From the NCBI GenBank assembly GCA_045803545.1, contig JBJMOW010000004.1, forward strand, positions 1,139,819 through 1,203,818: a DNA stretch of 64,000 nucleotides. The letters are read 5' to 3'. The notes under the pieces were generated by a model. It worked only from the letters and a program-made list of their open reading frames with translations. It was not told the origin of the DNA and searched no databases. The translations under genes and the position numbers were made by a program. Origin of the DNA: Gemmatimonadaceae bacterium. GTDB taxonomy: Bacteria > Gemmatimonadota > Gemmatimonadetes > Gemmatimonadales > Gemmatimonadaceae. Shown piece by piece: positions 58,904 to 64,000 of this stretch (position 1 is the stretch's first letter; every line of letters begins with the position of its first letter).

Positions 58904-59287
58904 ATGGTAGCGCGCTGGGTAACTGCGTTGACCCTGGTCGTTGCGATTGCATGCTCGCACCCGAAAATGGGTCCCGGAGACGCGTTCGATTCGCAGATAA
59001 TCACGGAGGATGAGATCATAGCATCTCACGCCAACAACGCTTTTGAGGCCATTCATAAGCTTCGGTCGAATTTTCTGACTAACCGCGGCGCGACCTCAGT
59101 CAAAAACGAGTCGAACCCATTTCCGATCGTGTACGTCGACGATCAGGAGTTTGGGCCAATCAGTACACTGTCGAGTATTCCGGCAGCTCAGATCTCACTG
59201 ATCAGGCTCTATCGCGTTTCGGAAGCAAACGCAAAGTACGGAACGCACAACCTGACCGGCGTTATAGCCATCACTACGCGCCACTAG
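58904..59287 (+). CDS. small lipoprotein consisting of a stand-alone TonB plug-like domain
   Basis: GGAGG RBS, AIAC lipobox, IITEDEI...NAFEAI, PIVYVDD and EANAKYG...GVIAITTR. Confidence 0.8.
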   Translation: MVARWVTALTLVVAIACSHPKMGPGDAFDSQIITEDEIIASHANNAFEAIHKLRSNFLTNRGATSVKNESNPFPIVYVDDQEFGPISTLSSIPAAQISLIRLYRVSEANAKYGTHNLTGVIAITTRH

Positions 59288-59311
59288 AGCGACGCGCCTT
59301 CGGAAAACGGT

Positions 59312-59704
59312 ATGAGCGGGTGGCGAAGTCCGTTGCTGATCGCAGTAGCTGGCGCTGCGCTGGGATGCACTACACCTAAATTCGAATCTGCTGATCCGAG
59401 TGATTCGCACATCATTACGCGGGATGAGATCGAAGCATCGCACACAGCGACAGCGTATGATGCGATTCAGAAATTGCGCGCGAATTTCCTGAGCTATCGC
59501 GGCGAGACGAGCATCAGTAAGAGTAATTCACAGCCGTACCCGACCGTCTACGTCGACGGTCAGGAGTTCGGACCTATCAGCAGCCTTCGCTCAATCCCCG
59601 CCTCGCAGGTCGCCACGATCCGGCTGTATCGCTCATGGGAAGCAACTACCAAATATGGCACCGGCAATATGGGCGGTGTCATTGCGGTGACGACTCGACA
59701 GTAG
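59312..59704 (+). CDS. small lipoprotein consisting of a stand-alone TonB plug-like domain (paralog)
   Basis: ALGC lipobox, IITRDEI...TAYDAI, PTVYVDG and EATTKYGTGNMGGVIAVTTR. Confidence 0.82.
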   Translation: MSGWRSPLLIAVAGAALGCTTPKFESADPSDSHIITRDEIEASHTATAYDAIQKLRANFLSYRGETSISKSNSQPYPTVYVDGQEFGPISSLRSIPASQVATIRLYRSWEATTKYGTGNMGGVIAVTTRQ

Positions 59705-59767
59705 TCGATCCGTAAGGCTGCGCGTCTCGAATCCCCGGCCTAAGGAAGACTTACTCGGGGATTCCTA

Positions 59768-59796
59768 TTGCCACCACCCGCACCAAGCCATACGTT
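59768..59796 (+). promoter_or_regulatory. sigma70 promoter of susCD-3
   Basis: TTGCCA, 17-bp spacer, TACGTT; preceded by hairpin gaatccccg...cggggattc. Confidence 0.6.
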
Positions 59797-59859
59797 TTTT
59801 CTCCCGCCCTAAACTGCGGCGTGATTTCGCCGCGCTCACTCTCGACGAGGAGTTTGAGT

Positions 59860-62800
59860 ATGGATGGTCGTTCGTATTTTCCGATCAGCGCACCGCCGAG
59901 TGCGAGCCGAACCAGAACGAAGCTCCTGACTCTCATTAGTGCGGCGATACTGGCAGCACTGGCTGCTCCGGTCGCTGCAAACGCCCAGGGCAACACCGTC
60001 TCCGGCGTAGTACTGGATCGCAATCAGATACCGCTCGAGAACGCTCAGGTAACTGTTCAGGGCACGAAACTCGGAAGTCAGACGGACGCCAACGGGCGAT
60101 TCCGAATTTCTGGCTTGCAGGGGACGACGGCGACGCTCGAGATCCGGCGTCTGGGCTACCGTGCGATTACTGCCATAGCTTCCGTCGGTACCGAGACCCG
60201 CGTCAGCATGGAGCCGGCGAGCGTCAACCTCGACGCAGTAGTAGTGACTGGCCAGCCAGGCAGCACCAATCGCCGCACACTCGGCGTCGACATCGCGCAG
60301 ATTGATGCCTCGAGCGTGACAGCGAAGGCTCCGATCACCAACGTTCAAAACCTGATCAACGGACGCGCGCCAGGTGTCACGATTCTGCAGAACTCGGGCG
60401 TCATCGGTTCAGGGGCAACGGTGCGAATCCGCGGTGTGTCCAGCTTCGCGCTTTCGAATCAACCGCTGATCTACGTCGATGGAATCCGCGTCGACAACTC
60501 ACAGGGTACTGGTCCCCAGAATCAATCATTCGGCGCCAGCACAACGACCCGCTGGAACGATTTCAATCCCGACGACATTGAGAGCATTGAAATCGTGAAG
60601 GGTCCGGCAGCGGCAACGCTGTACGGAACTGAGGCGGCGAACGGTGTGATTCAGATCATCACCAAGAAAGGCGCCGAGGGACGCCCGGCGTGGGACCTGA
60701 CCGTTCGCGGTGGCACTAACGAGTTTGCGAATCAGGATAGTCGTCTATGGACCAACTACGGTCATGATCCCGTGACCGGTCAGATCGTGTCGCTGCATAT
60801 CGCGCAACGAGAAGTCGACGCGGGCCACCCGATTTTCCAGACGGGTCAGATGCAGTCATACGACCTCGGAGTTGGCGGCGGCTCTCAAAACTTCCGCTAT
60901 CGTGTGAGCGGCAACTACAAGCGAGATGGCGGCGTTACACCGACGAATCTGCTCAAGAATTACGGTGGCCGCGCGAACTTTACCCTGACGCCCAGCTCGA
61001 AGCTGATCGTCGAGAGCAACCTGGCCTACATCACCGGGCGCACCGACCTCGCTGCGGAAGCCGGTTATGGCGGAACGACATGGACTACTTATTACGCCAC
61101 GCCTGAGAACCTCTACGACAGCAACGGCGATCCGCTGCCGAACAACGGATTCTACAGTGCGCTTCCTTCCGCATACTACAAGCAATATCAGATGTATCAG
61201 GACATAAGTCGGTTCACGGGCAGTGTTCAAATGACCCACACGCCGGTGACCTGGTTCACGCATCATCTGACAATCGGAACAGATCAGGGATACGAAGACG
61301 GCGAGGAGCTGTCGGCCGTACACAACGATCCGAACTTCTCATACTTTTTTGGATTCGACGCTGATTCCGGGTACAAGTCAGTCGCAACCAGACAGAATTC
61401 ACTTTCGACACTGACGTACGGCGGGACGCTCAAGAGTGCGATGCGCGCACTGAGCTTCGCTTCCTCTTACGGAATCGACTTCTTCCGTCGCAACACCAAG
61501 TACGTCAGCGCGTATGGACAGGATTTTCCGGGCCCAGGCCTGACTGCGCTCTCATCGACCACAGCGCAACGCAGTGGCTCGGAGACCAGCATCGAGAACA
61601 ACACAGTGGGCATTTATGGGCAGGAGCAGATCGGACTCAACGATCGACTGTTTCTCACCGGTGGATTGCGCGCGGACAACAACAGCTCGTTCGGCGCGAA
61701 CTTCAAGCGCGTCTACTATCCGAAGGTGAGCCTGTCGTGGGTAGCGAGTGAAGAGCCGTTCTATCGTCTCCCATTCGTCAATACGTTGAAACTACGTGCG
61801 GCTTATGGCCAAACCGGACAGGCACCGTTGCCTTACTCGGCGGTCGCTTTTGATTCGGCAGTCACAGGTCCGGGTGGCTCGGCAGCGGTAACACCTGCAT
61901 CGCGTGGCAACCCGAACCTCGGACCGGAGCGCGGTTACGAAACGGAAATCGGATTCGATGCAGGCTTCCTCAACGATCGCGCCGGAATCGAGTTCACCCA
62001 CTTCACGGGTGGGACTCGCGATGCAATTCTGGAAGTTCCAGTGGCTCCCTCGGGCGGCTACCCCGGAACGCAGCTGATTAACGCGGGCAAGATCTCGAAG
62101 CACGGCGACGAGCTCATGCTACGCGCGACGCCGTTCGCCAGCAATCGCACCAGTTGGGATCTGACCTTCAGTACCAGCACCAACCATACGAAGGTCGTGA
62201 ATCTCGGTGGCGCGAGCTTCATCAGCCCTTCGGCGAACATCAGGCACACGGTTGGTTATCCGGTGGGTGCCTGGTGGGGAAAAAAGGTAGTCGACGCCAC
62301 GATCGATCCGGTCACGCACGGTGTCGCCAGCGTCAACGGGACACCCCAGGTTTTCTGTGATCCCGGGCCGGTAGGTGGCAGTCCAGTGCTGTGCGCCGGC
62401 GCACCCCTCGTTTTCCTGGGCAACACAGTTCCGACGTCGGAAGGCGCGTTCACGTCAACGCTCAACTTCCTGTCGAACTTCAGCCTTTACACCCTCATCG
62501 ACTTCAAGGGCGGGTACAAGAAGCTCGATGGCAACAGGCGTGTACGGTGTCACCTCTTCATCGAATGCCGGGAAAACTATTTTCCCGAAGAGTTCTCTCC
62601 GGCGATCGTCGGTGCGGTGAGCAGCAGCGCTTATGTCAGCGATCTGGTCAACGATGCGAGCTATACCAAGCTCCGTGAGATCTCGCTCAGCTACAATCTG
62701 CCCAGTTCCTTTGCGAGCAGGCTCGGAGCGGCGCGGGCCTATGTGAGCGTCGCGGGGCGCAATCTGCACACTTGGACCAATTACACAGGTCTCGAACCGG

Positions 62801-62901
62801 AAGCGTCGTTCCAGGGCGGAACGCGCGGCTTTGGACAGTGGGAGCAAGATGTGACACCTCAGCTCCGTTCGTACGTCGTCACACTGAGGTTGAACTTCTA
62901 A
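59860..62901 (+). CDS. SusC/RagA family TonB-dependent transporter (3)
   Basis: AGGAG RBS, LDAVVVTG, PLIYVDG, FNPDDIESIEIVKGPAAATLYGTEAANGVIQIITKKG, GNPNLGPE, YTKLREI and C-terminal F. Confidence 0.96.
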   Translation: MDGRSYFPISAPPSASRTRTKLLTLISAAILAALAAPVAANAQGNTVSGVVLDRNQIPLENAQVTVQGTKLGSQTDANGRFRISGLQGTTATLEIRRLGYRAITAIASVGTETRVSMEPASVNLDAVVVTGQPGSTNRRTLGVDIAQIDASSVTAKAPITNVQNLINGRAPGVTILQNSGVIGSGATVRIRGVSSFALSNQPLIYVDGIRVDNSQGTGPQNQSFGASTTTRWNDFNPDDIESIEIVKGPAAATLYGTEAANGVIQIITKKGAEGRPAWDLTVRGGTNEFANQDSRLWTNYGHDPVTGQIVSLHIAQREVDAGHPIFQTGQMQSYDLGVGGGSQNFRYRVSGNYKRDGGVTPTNLLKNYGGRANFTLTPSSKLIVESNLAYITGRTDLAAEAGYGGTTWTTYYATPENLYDSNGDPLPNNGFYSALPSAYYKQYQMYQDISRFTGSVQMTHTPVTWFTHHLTIGTDQGYEDGEELSAVHNDPNFSYFFGFDADSGYKSVATRQNSLSTLTYGGTLKSAMRALSFASSYGIDFFRRNTKYVSAYGQDFPGPGLTALSSTTAQRSGSETSIENNTVGIYGQEQIGLNDRLFLTGGLRADNNSSFGANFKRVYYPKVSLSWVASEEPFYRLPFVNTLKLRAAYGQTGQAPLPYSAVAFDSAVTGPGGSAAVTPASRGNPNLGPERGYETEIGFDAGFLNDRAGIEFTHFTGGTRDAILEVPVAPSGGYPGTQLINAGKISKHGDELMLRATPFASNRTSWDLTFSTSTNHTKVVNLGGASFISPSANIRHTVGYPVGAWWGKKVVDATIDPVTHGVASVNGTPQVFCDPGPVGGSPVLCAGAPLVFLGNTVPTSEGAFTSTLNFLSNFSLYTLIDFKGGYKKLDGNRRVRCHLFIECRENYFPEEFSPAIVGAVSSSAYVSDLVNDASYTKLREISLSYNLPSSFASRLGAARAYVSVAGRNLHTWTNYTGLEPEASFQGGTRGFGQWEQDVTPQLRSYVVTLRLNF

Positions 62902-62948
62902 TGCACACGAAACTCCAACAATCGACCGCCTCACTGCGGAGATATCAA

Positions 62949-63998
62949 ATGCAGTTCACTCGCTCAGCGAGAGTTGCAGTAAGAAAGGTCGGCGCGGCAG
63001 GCCAATGGCTAACGGTTCTTGCGTTGTCGGTGCCGATGCTTGATTGCAACCTTCTGGACAAGGGTCTGGAGACGACGGCGCCCGACAAAATCGAAACGTC
63101 GACGCTGGAGGTGCCGGCCAATGCCGGTCTCATTGTCAACAGCGCAATCGGTGCCTTCGAGTGCGCGCTCGGCGCGTACATCGTCGACGCCGGCATGATG
63201 AGCGGCGAGCTGATGGATGCGACGGCGACTGCAGCCAACTGGGCGTTCGATCGTCGCGACACTGATCCTACTGCCGACACTCGTTACGCGACCAACCAGT
63301 GCGATGCGTATGGTATCTACACGCCAATCCAGGTCGCGCGAGGCACGGCAGATCGCGCGCTCGAGTTGCTTCAGGGCTGGACTGACGCGCAGGTCCCGAA
63401 TCGCCAGGACCTGATTGCCAAGGCAGCTGCGTACGCAGGCTACGCGCGGTTACTGCTTGGCGAGGGGTTCTGCGAAGCGGCAATCAACCTCGGCCCGAAG
63501 CTCACGTCGAACGATGTGTTCGTTTCCGCCGAAGCGATGTTCACCACTGCCATCGCGGCGGCGCAGACTGCGGGCGACCAGAACATGCTGAACATGGCCT
63601 ACGTCGGCCGGGCGAGAGCACGCCTCGATCAAGGCAACAAACAGGGCGCTGCCGCCGACGCAGCACTCGTAACACCAGGTTTCGTGCAGTACGCGTCCGC
63701 CGAGGTGGCTCCATCGACGCGCCAGAACCGGGTTGCTGCGTTCAACATTCTCGGTTCAGTAAGTGTCGCACCTGCTTACCGGAATCTCACGGTAACGGAC
63801 GCAAACGGGAATCAGGTGCCGGACACACGCGTCGTCGACACTTCGGCGAAGACTTCCAGCGGTGCGCCAAGAAATGGCAACGACAACCGCACCCCGTGGT
63901 TCATTCAGACCAAGTATCCATCCACTTCAACGCCGATTCCAATCGCCAGTTACAAGGAAGCGCAGTTGATATTGGAAGAGGTTCTTGTAGGTAAATAG
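62949..63998 (+). CDS. SusD/RagB family lipoprotein (3), apparently C-terminally truncated
   Basis: LLGEGFC, AYVGRARARL, DTRV and IPIASYKEAQLI, then an early TAG. GGAG RBS before 62949; alternative start 62901. Confidence 0.8.
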   Translation: MQFTRSARVAVRKVGAAGQWLTVLALSVPMLDCNLLDKGLETTAPDKIETSTLEVPANAGLIVNSAIGAFECALGAYIVDAGMMSGELMDATATAANWAFDRRDTDPTADTRYATNQCDAYGIYTPIQVARGTADRALELLQGWTDAQVPNRQDLIAKAAAYAGYARLLLGEGFCEAAINLGPKLTSNDVFVSAEAMFTTAIAAAQTAGDQNMLNMAYVGRARARLDQGNKQGAAADAALVTPGFVQYASAEVAPSTRQNRVAAFNILGSVSVAPAYRNLTVTDANGNQVPDTRVVDTSAKTSSGAPRNGNDNRTPWFIQTKYPSTSTPIPIASYKEAQLILEEVLVGK

Positions 63999-64000
63999 TG

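Overview
High-GC bacterial chromosomal window, most likely Gemmatimonadota. That call is inferred from SusC/SusD pairs in a high-GC diderm, the pilin style, barrel-less TonB plug-domain proteins and an F1-only atpAGDC cluster. Housekeeping genes: mutM, an RlmI-type rRNA methyltransferase, thiE, mltG, ruvX, rho, mlaD, mlaF, pntAA/pntAB/pntB, icd, atpAGDC, waaA and a DsbA-family protein. There are six tRNA genes (Arg-CCG, Pro-CGG, Arg-ACG, Val-GAC, Gly-GCC, Ala-GGC), two sigma factors and two predicted c-di-GMP phosphodiesterases. Envelope loci are abundant, including three SusC/SusD pairs, a type IV pilin and a TPM-nucleotidyltransferase-LemA operon. No transposase, integrase, prophage or CRISPR array was seen. 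Most notable: (1) a c-di-GMP-I (GEMM) riboswitch with a near-consensus sigma70 promoter directly upstream of a GH6 lipoprotein, within a BcsS-like barrel / DUF3131 / GH6 beta-glucan cluster lacking a synthase; (2) four barrel-less TonB plug-like proteins, three of them beside SusCD pairs; (3) a structured ~190-nt leader with a repeated loop motif ahead of the first susC; (4) an ECF / zinc anti-sigma pair with a secretin-N-like periplasmic domain ahead of a DUF5916 barrel. All family calls come from motif recognition by eye; no searches were run.
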